A DNA stretch of 64,000 bases from Eledone cirrhosa (GCA_964016885.1 OZ024740.1:276830001-276894000); one strand, 5' to 3'. Shown: positions 1 through 13,742, counted from the stretch's first letter. The notes: generated from the sequence alone by a model not told the origin. Program-made: numbers and translations.

Positions 1-2360
1 AGATTGTGTCAGCGAGCACGTGTATGAATAAGAAAATGTGTGCGTTTGTAGACTATAGATACAGAGAGATAGACAGAAAGATGGAGATACGTATACGGAA
101 GAGAGAAATAATTAAAAAGAGATTGAGTGAGAGAGAAAGAAAGTAAACCTGGGAGTTTGAGAATGAGAGAGAGCAACAAAGAAGCGTAAGGAAGTGAAGG
201 GGAAAATATTGCGTGTTTTAACGTAATTTAGGTGTGTGAAAGAGATTTCCTTTGTTTGTTATGCCACATATGTTCGTATATGTGAACATGCATGTGTGCG
301 CGTATACGTGCAAGTCTCTTCGTGTACTTGTTAGCGTTTTTGTGGCAATGCATGTGTCTGTGTATGTGTATGAGTGTGTTAGACTATATTCGTTTGAAAG
401 AAGGCAAGAGAAACAAAAGAGAGAAGAAAAGAGATTGAGAGAGTGGAAGGGAAATAAGTATAAGATAGACTGAGTTAACGAGTGGGTGAGAAAATAAAGC
501 AGCCTCCATCATGTAAAAAGGTAAATTAACAAGTAAAACTGTCTGACGTCAAGACATCCTGCTGTGACGTTGGATGACAAGGTCGCTGCTTATGACGTAA
601 TCTTTCATTGCTAACGTAATAGTTGCGACATGATTGATGTTGTTGTTTAACTTCATGTCAGTCCTGATCGAACATGCCTAACATCAAATCGTTCCAGCTG
701 TGACCATTCCGTTATAGATTCAAAAAAGACGATAGGGAACTTAATATGTCTATTTCTTGCAATTCAAGTGACCATGGATGGGTTTTCTTAATTGATTGCC
801 CGAAAGCATAAGGGCTGTAACGGTAAATCTTAGATATATACCTCCACTTCCCCATCATCACTACATTGTTTTATCTCTAACATTATGTGCTAAACACTTT
901 CCTAAATCTTGAACTGAAACCCTTTGGAACTCGTACGGTCTCGTGTGTATTTTTTCTTTTCCCTTTCCAACAAATATAAGAAAATATTGATTATATCTTA
1001 TACCACATCGAGACAGTGGGTAAAGTTTCGATACTCGTATGGTTCAAATTAATTTCATCGACTATGATGACATTAGTGGGAATGTCAATAGATCCAGAAC
1101 ATGCTAATATTTCCTCTTCCTTCTATTATCAAGACTGTATTTAGTAAACAAGCAATAATTTTAATCGGCTGCCTCATTTGTTTAATCTCACCTTATATCG
1201 TTGAGATACATATCCAAGTTAATCCAAATGCATAGTTGAGTGCACGGAGGACAATTCGTAATTCCCAAATAAATGTGGTGATATTCTAGTCACGCAAACA
1301 GGCTTTACTGAACTTTCACTGCCCCAGTTCACATAGTGGTATATATTATGTGAAAGTTTAGACTATTGTAGTATGCGTTGCAGAATGTCTTTTGTTCTGA
1401 TATTCTTTGATCTTAACTTCAATGCTCCCATGGCTATCAAAAGTCTACAGCGTACTGGCTTTCTTATCAGAGAGTCTCGTTAGAGTCAGTTTGATAAAAT
1501 GTGACGTAAACCAGCTATTTTTCTTCTGACTATATAGAATAGGCTACAGAGACACATGCAGACTGTGTATACCTAAATCTTCACGTGAAAAACAACATTA
1601 GTGTAGTTATGTTTAAGACAAACAAGCAAAAACTATTTTGTAAAGCAGACATACACATGTAATAATGTATATTTAACATTGCTGGGTATCTTCCTTCATC
1701 ATAGATCATATCCATAATGTTGTTGTTTTGTCCTTAGATGAGCATCGATCAAACTGATCTATGATCAAAAACTTTCCACTCGTAAACATCTTTGTTTGGC
1801 TGCTATTTCTAGCAGGTCGTATGATTACGTAGATGCCCCGATCCAGAAAATCAATGGAATAACAAGCAAATTTCCATCACATGACGCCTTACCGCTAACT
1901 GTAAAATTATTCAAAAGCACACTCATATGTGATGACTCAACCTGCTAGAAATAGCAACGAAATTTCCAGCAAACCACATTCCCCCACCATAAAAATAGAA
2001 CATTGGATAATAGAGTCTTAGATATATAAAAGGACAGGGTAGTTTCGGTTAGAACATCTTTAACATAGGTTTGTTTGATCAGGGTTGACATTGGGTTAAA
2101 CAAAAACAGCGAGAATACTTTGGATAATGAGAATCTGTGTTCACTTTACTTTAAGGAGAGACGTGATTGTGAGGTCTGAAATTTTCTTTATTTTCTCTAT
2201 CAGGATTAACTTAAACAATTGCTAAAAATGAGTCAGAACTTTTACTGGTTTCAACTATATTGGAACAATTTATTGCTTGTTATATCAATTTCTCTTTGCC
2301 GAATCACTAGCAATGACATAGTGTGTGTGTATGTGTTTATGTGTGTGTGTGTGTGTGTGT

Positions 2361-2401
<41 letters not shown>

Positions 2402-2550
2402 CGAGAGAGGGAGAGAGAGTGCATGAGAGGGGAGAGAGAGAGAAAAAAAAGAGAGAGATAGCATGCGATATATATAGAGAGAGAATGGTAAAAAGAGGAG
2501 CAGATGAGAGAGAGAGAGAAAAACAATAACGTGAGTGAATGAGATACAGC

Positions 2551-2596
<46 letters not shown>

Positions 2597-2879
2597 ATAC
2601 TGGAATTCGAGTGAGAGATAGTGAGAGAAAAGCGAAAGAGAGAGGGGAGAGAGAGATGGGGGGGGGAGCGAGGAAAGGGAAATAGAGTGGATAAACGTAG
2701 AAGAATGCGTTTTATTTAAAATGTGAACTATAAATGATATTCATAAAAACGGTTATCCCTATGTATATATAGCTAATGAAAACTGAATGAAACAGTTATT
2801 CACAACAAAGGTTTGTTGCAAACAACTTCTTCGGGAAAATTCAACTATAACTCTGAGTGCATCCATTTTCAGGAGAAAA

Positions 2880-3030
2880 TGTACAGATTCTATCTTATTC
2901 GTCATATCACCTTGATCACCTTGCTCGACCAGTCTGTCGGGCGTCCATTCGGCGCCGCTGGTCACAGCACGCCGTCCATTCCTCTCTGGATCGTGCTTTC
3001 CTCATCCATGTAGTCCCAATCATATTACTA
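2880..3030 (-). mobile_element. Possible RTE-type LINE 3' end fragment
   Basis: Minus-strand peptide IGTTWMRKARSREEWTACCDQRR resembles the W..A..R..W C-terminus of RTE ORFs. The fragment is short and decayed. Confidence 0.3.
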
Positions 3031-3061
3031 AAATCGTAACTCCACCTTCGTATATATATAT

Positions 3062-3141
3062 AAGAGGGTGTGGTAAGATACCAAGTGGACCATAACACAC
3101 CAGTCTCCTCAATGCTTAGGGTAGTAGAGTGGGTAATAGGA
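3062..3141 (-). mobile_element. 3' tail of a Penelope-like hairpin element family (same family as 13383-13578 and 41758-41942), cut by a SINE
   Basis: ggtgtggtaagataccaagtggaccataac...cttagggtagtagagtgggtaatagga closely matches 13391-13465 and 41768-41841, and starts right after a (TA)n tract. Confidence 0.7.
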
Positions 3142-3298
3142 AATGACCTAGTGTATTACTGGTACTTTACTTTATCGACCCCGTAAGGATGAAAGGCAAA
3201 GTTAACATCGGCGGGATTTGAACTCAGAATGGCAAGGGCCGTAACTCTATGCGTCAAAGCATGGCGTCCGACCCTCTACCGATACTGCCAATCCACCG
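3142..3298 (-). mobile_element. tRNA-derived SINE (family A)
   Basis: Reverse complement has an A-box-like tggcagtatcgg, B-box gagttcaaatcc and core gcctttcatccttacggggtcgataaa...gtaccag, which resembles the Meta/Sauria-type SINE core. About 14 copies in the window. Confidence 0.9.
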
Positions 3299-3499
3299 TA
3301 TAATGTATGTATGTAAGTGTATGTATGTATGTAAGCCATAGTATGAACCTCATTAAGAACATACGGCGTTCGAGTTGTGAGATGTGTGGTCATTTACTGT
3401 TCTCTAAACGTGGGGACATCACTTATTTCAAATCACATAAAAGCCAACTCTATGCAGCTCTATTCCTGCAATACTAGATGAAACAACATGCGTGGTGTG

Positions 3500-3755
3500 C
3501 AAAAATAAAAAAAAATCGGCAATTTCTGATCTTAAAAGGCATATCAGGGAACATAAGGATGACATCCTACAAAGTGACCCAATCAATCCAATTGTGTGTA
3601 CATCTTTTGTCTGTCACATTTGCTGCAGACCGTGCAAATTTGCAGCTGGACTTAAAAGCCACCTAAGAAACCATAGACGAACGTTTTCAGTTGGTGATCG
3701 TTTTTAGGGGAGCATAGGGAAAAGACAATCATCTGCAAAGATGAAGCAATTACCA
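3500..3755 (+). mobile_element. RTE-clade LINE 3' end with C2H2 zinc finger and (TATG)n tail
   Basis: Peptide CHICCRPCKFAAGLKSHLRNH, then a short 3' UTR ending in (TATG)n. The same motif (LAGLKSH) occurs at about 52340 and 52975. Confidence 0.6.
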
Positions 3756-4066
3756 TGTATGAATGTATGTATATGTGTATGTATGTATGTATGTATGTAT
3801 GTATGTATGTATGTATGTATGTATGTATGTATGTATGTATGTATGCAGGTATGTATATGTGCATGTATGCATGTATATCTGTAAGTATGAACGTATGTAA
3901 GTATACTTGTATATATGTATATATATATATATGTATGTATGTATGTTTTCTCTTTCTCTTAATTTCGAGTATATTTTTTTGACCGTATGTATGTATGTAT
4001 GTATGTATGTATGTATGTATGTATGTATGTATGTATGTATGTATGTATGTATGTATGTATGTATGT

Positions 4067-4552
4067 ATGTATGTATACATGTATGTTTGTATGCATGCAT
4101 CGATGTATGCATCTGTGAATGCATATGTATGTATGTACGTATATATGTAAGTGTATATGCATATATGTATGAATATATGCTTGCATGTATGTATACATTT
4201 ATGCATGTGTGTATGTATGTATATATGTATGTATGAATGTATGTACGCATGTATGTATGTATGTTTGTATGCATATATGTATGAATGTATGTAAGTATGC
4301 ATGTATATATGTATATATGTATACTTACATACATTCATACATATATGCATACAAACATACATACATACATGCGTACATACATTCATACATACATATATAC
4401 ATACATACACACATGCATAAATGTATACATACATACAAGCATATATTCATACATATATGCATATACACTTACATATATACGTACATACATACATATGCAT
4501 TCACAGATGCATACATCGATGCATGCATACAAACATACATGTATACTTACAT
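4067..4552. repeat. Long inverted duplication (about 235-bp arms) of degenerate TATG microsatellite
   Basis: gcatgcatcgatgtatgcatctgtgaatgc (about 4093) is mirrored by gcattcacagatgcatacatcgatgcatgc (about 4497); centre about 4310. Confidence 0.85.
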
Positions 4553-6122
4553 GGGCCCGCAAGAATACACCCAACAACTTCGATATCACCATGGGATCTA
4601 GTAACTCGGCACAGGTAACCGAATTAGTCGGTCTATTTCTCTTAAACGAAATACACAAGAACCTACCTTACTTCAACGATGGCCTCTACCGAGACGACGC
4701 ACTTTTCCTCTTACAATATAAAAAGTTCAATATAGAAAGAACTAGAAAACAATTACATAAAATATTTAAAAGCTATTACTTAGGTATCACTTTAGATAAA
4801 CACACCAAAAATGTTAACTTCCTGGACGTTACTCTCTACTTAGACTCTAAAAAATACACACCTTATCATAAACCTAATGAAAACCTTTTCTATGTTAATA
4901 CCAACTCTAACGACCCTAAATCTGTACTGACCTCAATCATTAAAGGTGTATCTAATAGAATCTCTAGCCTTTCTTACAACGAGAATACATTTAATCGTAA
5001 CTCCCAAAACTATAATGAAGCCTTAGCCCGTTCCGGCCATAGATATAAAATTAAGTTTAAACCTAAATCGTCAACCACCCATAGACAACCTAATATACTT
5101 TCACACAACATAAAAGTAAATATGATCATAGTATTGAAAGTCCTGACTCCTATACAAAGGGCACCATAAAAAAAGTTAAATCACACCACAGCAATAATCC
5201 TAAGAAACACAACAGAAAGAAAAATATAGATAAGAAGGAACCTAACACCACACTAAATAGTAGTATGAATAACAACCATAAGAACAATAGAAGTAGTAGC
5301 ACATTTTTCAACCCTCCGTTCAACTTAAATGTATCAACAAACATACCTAAAGCTTTCTTCTCTACTCTAGACAAAAACTTCCCAACTAACCCTAAATACC
5401 ACAACCTATTTAACAAAAATACAATTAAAATATCCTACTCCACCACATCTAACATAGCAGACCATATAGCCAGCACCAATAAGAGAAAGATTAAAAAGTA
5501 CTTCAAATTACACCAAAGTAATAATGTCCAGCATAGAAATAACCTGAACAATAACACAGTACAAGACCATACAGCAAGTCACACTAATAATACCAATAAT
5601 AATAATACTCACCATAATCATAATACTAGAAGTAGAAACAGAAACAACCACTCAAATGCATACCCCCTTAACCAGTATACTAGTTACCAAAACAATTGTA
5701 ATTGTAGGTCTAACAAGACAGGCCCATTAAACGAGAACTGCCTAATTAAAGACATTGTCTATTCCGGTACTGTAACCGCTAATCACACCCCGAAAGTATA
5801 TATAGGCTCAACATCGAATAGCTTTAAGACCAGATATAATTCACACCTTTATTCGTTCAAAAACCCTAAACTTAGCAACGTAACCTTACTATCCACATAC
5901 ATACACTCATTAAAATCAAGTAACATACCATACCCCTTAAAATGGGAAGTGATAGCTGAGGCCCCTTCATATAGACCACCTAACAAATCTTGTAACCTTT
6001 GCATCCTCGAGTCTAAAAATATTATTCACTCTAACCTTAGCCTACTAAATAGGAAATTATAGATCTTCTACACGTGTCCACATCACCATAGATTCTCGAT
6101 CCACTACTTCAAACCTAGTAAC
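4553..6122 (+). pseudogene. Penelope-like element (Naiad-type), 5'-truncated RT + GIY-YIG ORF, frameshifted
   Basis: RT motifs FDITMGS...ELVGLFLL, GLYRDD, VNFLDVTL, YHKPN; linker FFNPPFN..V.TNI.K.F...DKNFP; CNC..PL...CL; GIY-YIG VYSGTV...VYIGSTSNSFKTRYNSH; CNLCILE...LNR..CPH. Frameshift near 5110-5260 and a stop at 6060. Confidence 0.92.
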
Positions 6123-6170
<48 letters not shown>

Positions 6171-6171
<1 letters not shown>

Positions 6172-6679
6172 CTACCACATTCTGAGAAATGGTATGAGCA
6201 TAGGCCAGAGGCGGTGATGGAGAACAGTCAGGTGAAGGTGCTGTGGGATTTTAGGATACAGACGGACAAAAAACTGGAACACAATAGACCTGACCTGGTG
6301 GTTGTGGACAAAGAAAAAAGATCGTGCCTGATTGTGGATGTGGCCTGCCCGTTCGACACGAGAGTGCAAGAGAAGGAGAGGGAGAAAATTAACCGATACC
6401 AGGACCTAAAGTGGGAGGTGAAAAGGATTTGGAACTGCCATGAAGTCAAAGTGATCCCGATTGTCATAGGCGCACTGGGGACTATCTCCAAAGGTTTCCA
6501 GGGATGGTTAAAGAAAATCGGCCCCTTCACGCTTTTTGGAACGCTTCAAAAGGCATGCTTGCTTGGAACGGCAAGAACCCTCCGATACGTCCTGAATATC
6601 TGAGGCTGCAGGTAGTGGCTTGATATTCAATCCAACGGACTTTCCAGTTAACCAACATCAATGACTGAGATTCAAGGAA
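6171..6679 (+). mobile_element. R4/Dong-clade non-LTR retrotransposon 3' fragment (restriction-like endonuclease domain)
   Basis: KWYEHRPE...LWDFRIQTDK..HNRPDLVVVDK...IVDVACP.D...EKEREKINRYQDL...VIPIVIGALG...LQKACLLGTAR; flanked by (TAA)n on both sides. Confidence 0.9.
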
Positions 6680-6689
6680 TAACAATAAC

Positions 6690-6722
<33 letters not shown>

Positions 6723-6732
6723 TAAAAAAATT

Positions 6733-7478
6733 ACCAAGCCAACATAATACAAAATGGGTGCAGCCCATTATGCCGTGTATGCAAAAAACAACCAGAGACC
6801 ATTGACCATATAATTTCAATGTGCAGTCCTATAGCTCCAACCGAATACCTAAACAGGCATGACAGAGCTGCACAATACATACATTGGATAATGTGTAAGC
6901 ATTTTGACCTGCCCCATCAAAAGAATTGGTGGGAACATCAACCACCTCCCATACTTGAAAAAGATCACATCTCAATCTTGTGGAACTTTAGCATCCAAAC
7001 AGACCGAAAAATAGATGCAAATAGACCTGATATAATATTGAAGGACTTTCAAAGGAGGGTATGCCTGCTAATTGATATGTCTGTTCCAATAGACAAGAAT
7101 GTATCTATAAAAACATTTGAAAAATTGAGCAAGTATAAGGACCTGGAGATAGAAATTGGAAAAATGTGGAAATTGAGAACTAAAACAATACCAGTGGTTG
7201 TAGGCGCTCTGGGAATGATACCTAAGGGGTCTAACGACTACTTATCGCAAATCCCAGGAAACCCGCGTATAGGAGAAATACAAAAGATAGTACTAATGGG
7301 AACTGCCCATATACTAAGGAAGATCCTGTCAATATAAGTACATCACAAGTCTAAACACTAAGGATGCATGTGTGAATATGTATGTTCTTTATTGAACATG
7401 GCGGACCTTGTTGTCTCTTGAGGTCACTGGTTGTGACTTGGTGATAACTCGTATAAACATAAAGAAAGATAAATGCAA
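6733..7478 (+). mobile_element. Second R4/Dong-clade 3' fragment (CCHC + RLE), a different family
   Basis: CRVCKKQPETIDHIISMC...YLNRHD...WWEHQP...LWNFSIQTDR..ANRPDIIL...IDMSVP.D...EKLSKYKDL...VVVGALG; ends in (TAA)n at about 7479. Confidence 0.9.
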
Positions 7479-7516
7479 ATAATAATAATAATAATACTAA
7501 TAAAAATAAAAATAAA

Positions 7517-7825
7517 GACGAATGTCGGAGATAACACTAGACCACCACCTTTTAATTTATCCAACTAGACCTTCATGAATATAGGACTACACCTTAATTA
7601 AAAGACCACACTGACCAAAATACAGTCAATAAACTCCCGCTTGATCTCTTACATTATACAATTAAAAGATTTAAATAATATAGACACTCAAATAAATTCC
7701 CAATATACAACACCAACTAAATAGCGGACAACTGTGTATATGACTCCAATTACTCCAGTATATATTATGCCACTCACTATCCACTATCCTGTCATAAAAA
7801 ACTTCAACTATCTCTATACAATCTG

Positions 7826-7876
<51 letters not shown>

Positions 7877-8724
7877 ATATATATTTATATATATATATGC
7901 ATTCTCACACATATGTATATACTTTATATTATATATACATATACTATGTAAAAACTATCTAGTTATAATAAACTAAATAAAAAATTTTTTTAACCCCCTC
8001 CACACATGTTTAAAAGCAACCCTTATTATATTAAAGCAACCCTTATTATATTAAAAGCAACCCTTATTATATTAAAGCAACCCTTAATTTATCAACAACA
8101 TTAATTACCTCCCTTTGTTATTAACCCCATTTACAACTTCCTGTGTAAACTTATAAAATTAAGCAACATAACGGTTTAGCAACAGCTTAATAACGGTTAA
8201 TACAAACCCTAGAAAAGTTAATTTGTAGATAAAAAATGCATAAAATAATATACCTAAAATAACAACATGGCCAGTAATTCGGCGGAATTTACATTTAACA
8301 AACAAACACCTATTGACTATAAACGACTCAAAATAATCCCATGGTTAATAGCTGTGGGTTATAAACAACACATACACATACATACGAACTACAACACAAA
8401 AACAAATGAAAATCACATACCCAACTCTATTACGTACTTTGCATTACACCTTACATAACAAATACCTAAATTATCCCCACATGCCTCTCTAACAAATTGC
8501 ACACTATCTTAAACATTTATAACAATTATAACATGCTTTAACACTCCACATAATGCTTTTGACACTAATAACAATTATGTACCCTAAATGTTCTAAATGA
8601 CTAGGATTTTAGTTACACGTTTCGACATTCCTTATGCTCCGATGAATCCAGACTTCCCTCTGGAAGAAACAATTGTCAGCAAATAAATGTTCTAAACTAA
8701 AATTTAATCGTTTTAACACTTTGT
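7517..8724 (+). mobile_element. Probable 3' UTR/pseudo-LTR of the Naiad element at 4553, resuming after the R4 insertions
   Basis: Same AC-rich strand bias as 4553-6122; ends with an HHR (8635-8681), AATAAA (8682) and a (TA)n tract. Contains a 20-21-bp repeat aaagcaacccttattatatt x4 at 8013-8086. Confidence 0.6.
8635..8681 (+). ncRNA. Minimal type I hammerhead ribozyme (C4 variant)
   Basis: tgct-CCGATGA-a-tccaga cttccc tctgga-a-GAAA-caattg-TC-agca: stem I tgct/agca, stem II 6 bp, palindromic stem III, GUC triplet. Confidence 0.75.
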
Positions 8725-8749
8725 CTATATATATATATATATATCTTTT

Positions 8750-8903
8750 GTGAGGAAGACCAAGGTTAACGTATGTTGATGCCCTAAGGACAGACACTGG
8801 TCTGTTGGAGACGCAGGACATGGCAGCGATAATGAGGAACAGAGACCGCTGGAGAGAACTCGTCCATGGATCTCGGGAATTTTACCCGCCTTAGAATAGA
8901 AAA

Positions 8904-8905
<2 letters not shown>
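8750..8905 (+). mobile_element. RTE-type LINE 3' fragment
   Basis: GRPRLTYVDALRTDTGL...AAIMRNRDRWRELV* is a typical RTE C-terminus. Confidence 0.65.
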
Positions 8906-8971
<66 letters not shown>

Positions 8972-9031
8972 TATATGTATATATATTTATATATATCTAA
9001 ATATCTATATCTATATCTATATCTATCTATG

Positions 9032-9144
<113 letters not shown>

Positions 9145-9167
9145 GCATGTATGCATGTATATATGTA

Positions 9168-9258
<91 letters not shown>

Positions 9259-9315
9259 CTATACATATCTCTATAATAGCGAGAGTCTATGGCTCCGTTA
9301 ATCTATCGTGATATA

Positions 9316-9385
<70 letters not shown>

Positions 9386-9539
9386 AGTGTGTGTGTGTAT
9401 GTATGGCTGTATGTCTGTATGTCTGTATGTATGTATGTATGTATGTATTTATGTATGTACGTATGTACGTATATATGTATGTATATACATGCATGTATGT
9501 ATATATGTATGTTACTATATCTGTCATACATTACTCTGC

Positions 9540-10039
9540 ATCTTAGTTTATCATCTTCTATAGGGTGGAGCTCTTATTTATTTTCTCTCCCATTCTTTCC
9601 TTCCCATTTCTCTCCTCTCTTATATTTATCTATTCTTCCCTGTTTCTGCTGTTTGTCTTTCTTCCTGTTCTTTACCCTTTCTTCCGTTTTCCTTTCTTTC
9701 ATTCTTTCATTTTCTTGATTACCTCTTTTTCTTTCTTTCCTTCCTTCTACACTCACTTGTGTTATTTCTTCCTCTTTAATAGATCCCTCTCTTGTCTATC
9801 TACTTCCGTGCATGCTTCACTTCCATAATTCCTTGCTTTCTATTATTTTGTTAAATCATCTTTGTTTCTCCCTATTTTTGTCTTCCTTCCTCTTTTCCCG
9901 CCTGTCTGTCTACCTTCCTTTCCTCTTTCATTGATATCTTCCCTTTTTCACTTTCTTTCATTTTCTTTTATTCCTCTTTATTTATTTCTTAAATTCATCA
10001 TTCCATTAATTCATTCATTTTTCTCTCTTCCTTCATTTT

Positions 10040-10111
<72 letters not shown>

Positions 10112-10440
10112 ATTCTTCCTTTTCTATTCTTTCATTCTTTCTTTTTTTCTTCTTTTCCCTTCTTTATTTTTCTTTTTTTCTTCGTTTTCTTTTCTTTCTT
10201 TCATTTTTTCTTCTTTTCCTTTCTTTCTTTCTTTTTTCTTCTTTTTCCTTTCTATCCTCCTTTCTTTCTTTTGTTTTTATTCATGTATTGTTTCTTTCTG
10301 TTATTCTTTCCACTTATATTTCTTCAAGCTATTCATTTTTTTTTTCTATTTTCCTTCTGAAGCGGTAATTGTTCTTCCTTCGTTCTACATCTTTATCTAT
10401 TTCATTCTTTATTTATTTTTTTTATTTTTATTCTTAATCT
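9540..10440. repeat. Pyrimidine-rich low-complexity tract including (CTTT)n
   Basis: Directly visible; (TTTC)n core at about 10037-10110. Confidence 0.9.
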
Positions 10441-11113
10441 AGTATTCATTAGTTGTTTTCTTTACTTATCTTCTTATTGTTTGTATGTCTTATTGTTTGA
10501 TTGTGTGTTGTTGTTGTTTTAACCTTCTTGTCTTATGTATGCAATTTGTTTGAGCACTGACAATTAACTAGTTTAATTTTATTATATATTTATTTATACT
10601 TTTGAATATATGTTTTGATTTGATTTCTGTTTTCAAATTCAAAGCAATCAAGTAAAAAGTTAAGTAAACCCATCATAATAAAAACGATAGCAATAACATC
10701 AATAATAAAATATCAACTAAAGAAGTTTAAAAAACAAAACAAAAACAATTTAAAACAACAAACAACCTCCCTCTCCTTCACAAAAAAACATGGCAGTCTA
10801 GCACGCCAAGAACACTAAAATAATAAAAACAACCAACAATAACATTAATAACACCAACAGCAACAAAAGCGACTTGCAACAACCAGCAATAAGAAGGTAG
10901 TACAAACAACAAAAATGACAACTTGATTTTAAAATGCTGCAGCAGCCACAATAAGGAATGAGTAAATATGTGGTTTACCATTTCAAGTCACTTGGCTATT
11001 TTTCTGGCCACACCTTGGAGTCCAGTGTTTCTAATCTCATAGTTCAAACATAGAAAGAAGCAATGGTAGCTTAACGTTTGATACTGTCTTCCACACACGT
11101 CTTAATAAGTAGC

Positions 11114-11385
11114 CTTCTTCTTCTTCTTCTTCTTCTTCTTCTTCTTCTTCTTCTTCTTCTTCTTCTTCTTCTTCTTCTTCTTCTTCTTCTTCTTCTTCTT
11201 CTTCTTCTTTCCAGCGAGGGTCGTGACGGCAGAGCCCCCAAACACTCCCTCCAGTGGATCCTGCCAGAAGCAACCGTCTCCAACTGATCCGGCTGTATCC
11301 CCAAGCGTGACCAGCCAAGCTCATGGATGATATCCAACCATCTTGCTCGGGGTCTACATCTGGGTCTCCTACCTGTTGGTTTCGA
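11114..11385 (-). mobile_element. RTE-type LINE 3' end with (GAA)n tail
   Basis: RRPRCRPRARWLDIIHELGWSRLGIQPDQLETVASGRIHWRECLGALPSRP followed by about 32 GAA units. Confidence 0.75.
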
Positions 11386-12063
11386 CCTTTTTTTTTTAAA
11401 TTAAAAAATAAGAAAATAAAACTTATTGAAAACATATTTCTCCCATAATTTAAATGATCTCACCCAACTTCTCCACTCCAACGGCCACTTACCCATTATA
11501 AATATCTCAAGACTCTTTTTACCCTATCTTCAACTATATCACCAGGGCTGTCAGTATTCTCCTTGCACACGCTAAAATTTAACCTTGGTATAAGCCAATA
11601 CAAATATATTAATTTGTTTGCTTCATCACTAATCTGCCCCAGAATCACACAGAACATTGTTACTTTCTCTTCAATTTTCCTCTCTATCCTGGCATCACTC
11701 CAACTTTGTACTGAAAGTAGTGGTTTCACTAATGCGACAGAGATGTTACTCCAGTCTACACCATATTCTTTTTCACACTGTAGCTCTATCATCATTAGCC
11801 TAATCCAAAAGCATCCAGGATTGTTATAAGAAGCGGGATTTGAACATGGGACAAAATGAGCTGGAATAGCTACTCGAACAACTCCGTTAATTCGGAGACG
11901 ATCTAGATTGTTTCGTTTACCGACACGGAAATAAAGAAATGCAAATTGACTTGACACAGTGCATAGAGTACGGGAACACGGAACAAATACCACAAGGCAT
12001 TTTAACCAAACCTTTAACGGCTCTTTCAATTAGTTCCAATAAATATTATCTAATAAAGCAAGG

Positions 12064-12255
12064 GGGCGGATTAGCAGAATCAATAGAAGGTCGGACACCA
12101 TGCTTTGCAGCATAGAATTACGGCCCTTTACTGTCTGAGTTCAAATCCCGCCAATGTTAACTTTGCCTTTCATCCTTACGGAGTTCGATAAAATAAAGCA
12201 CCAGTAATGCACTTGGATAATTGCTGGCCTTGCGCCAAAAGAAGAAAATATTATC
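12064..12255 (+). mobile_element. SINE family A with about 20-bp target-site duplication
   Basis: B-box gagttcaaatccc; aatattatctaataaagcaa is present on both sides (about 12042 and 12247). Confidence 0.9.
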
Positions 12256-12959
12256 TAATAAAGCAAAAGAAAACATTGAACTTACCATTTCATAGACCTA
12301 AAATTCAATTTTACTCTAAGCACTTCTCTCCGATTTGAGGCACTATTAATAATTCTGCAAGTTTACGTCTATTTAAACGAAAGGATGAAGTACAATTTAA
12401 TGGAGAATCCTCTCTGAATAGAGAAACGTACTCCTCAGGAAAAATAGTGAACTCTTATTCGTAGAACACCCATAATACTAGGACTTAGATCTTGACTTTA
12501 TATCTATCTTGCTGCTAAGTATAGTATTTATATTTACAATTTTGATAACAATTTAGAAGAAAACAAAATCACAACAATGGCAACTATAAACCGACAATGG
12601 AAAATCTACGTGGTCGTTTGACCTCTTAGAAATAGTAGTCAAATGTCATTCAAATTGGACTTTGCTCGCTTTAAATGGACATATTCGACAATATGTTCAT
12701 CTGATATAAAGAAAAAAGACGGGATATTTATTTCTGGAAAACTCTGTTTATAGAAATGTTTTATCATAACTGACCCGGTGTTTAACAGCAGCTACAAGGG
12801 TAACAGCAATAACAAAAATGTAACAACATAATTAAAACAAGCAATGGACCTCCGTCGGTTTCGATAGCGAATGTTCAACTTGTTCGATCAATGAAATTAG
12901 CCTTCTCGTGAAATAATATTGTGACTGAGCTTTCCACAAATATGTCCCCTTAACGTAAT

Positions 12960-13140
12960 TCTCAAACGGGGGATTCAGCTTGAAAGAGTCTGGGACAAGG
13001 CTGAACGTATGAATTACAGGCACTGTCCATCCGACGGATTTCTAAACAGTTTCCGTCAACCCGATTTCACTCACAATGAATGGTTTGACTCGATACTATG
13101 ATAAATGACACAGGGCCAAGTGCTATGGAGTGGAGTTTTC
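12960..13140 (-). mobile_element. Degenerate SINE of a second family
   Basis: cagtttccgtcaacccgatttcactcacaa...gacacagggccaagtgc resembles the antisense of a CORE-like SINE body. Confidence 0.35.
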
Positions 13141-13382
13141 TTCACCATTCGATCATGCTGCGTTCAATAACAACAAGCATCAACATTTACAGCAGCAATA
13201 TCAGAAATTACAATTAGTATTACAATTCCGATCATCTTTATCGGTGGCAAAATGATCTTAATAGACGTTGACGTAATCATAAGCTTTGGGACACTTCTTT
13301 TTGAATTGTTATTTTTGCATTTTACTTCGTAAATTGTATATCATCTTTTTTATATATATCTATCTTATATATATATATATAT

Positions 13383-13574
13383 AACGAAGGAGGTGTGGTA
13401 AGGAACCAGATGGAACATAACGCACCAGAGTACTCAATACTTAGGGTAGTAGAGTGGGTAATAGGAAAATGTTTGACCCCGACGGCAGATCTCAAGCCGT
13501 TTCTACGGCTATAAAGCCGACAGCTATATAGTCGTCTAAACGGCTTGAGCTCTGCCGTCGGGGTCAAACATTTT

Positions 13575-13578
<4 letters not shown>
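13383..13578 (-). mobile_element. TA-embedded fold-back mini-element (Penelope pLTR-like), family H1
   Basis: Arms 13462-13502 / 13538-13578 (taggaaaatgtttgaccccgacggc... / ...gccgtcggggtcaaacattttccta), unique tail 13383-13461, (TA)n on both sides. Confidence 0.85.
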
Positions 13579-13635
<57 letters not shown>

Positions 13636-13742
13636 ATGTGTGTGTGCGTGTGTGTGTGTGTGTTTCGAAGAGATTGTTTTATTAAAAACAGCTGCAAGCA
13701 GAATAGGGCTCTCAACATTTGAAGTTTATAGTTACGATGGAG

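Noticed and set aside
1718-2107. Inverted pair around tgctatttctagcagg / cctgctagaaatagca
   Set aside because: Better explained as two oppositely oriented copies of an old dispersed repeat (also at about 640, 12610 and 37335) than as a hairpin element.
3142-3298. tRNA genes
   Set aside because: The A/B boxes belong to SINE heads; no cloverleaf.
11496-12029. 177-aa minus-strand ORF
   Set aside because: Appears to span repeat remnants and has no recognisable domain; may include a LINE fragment, but I cannot support that.
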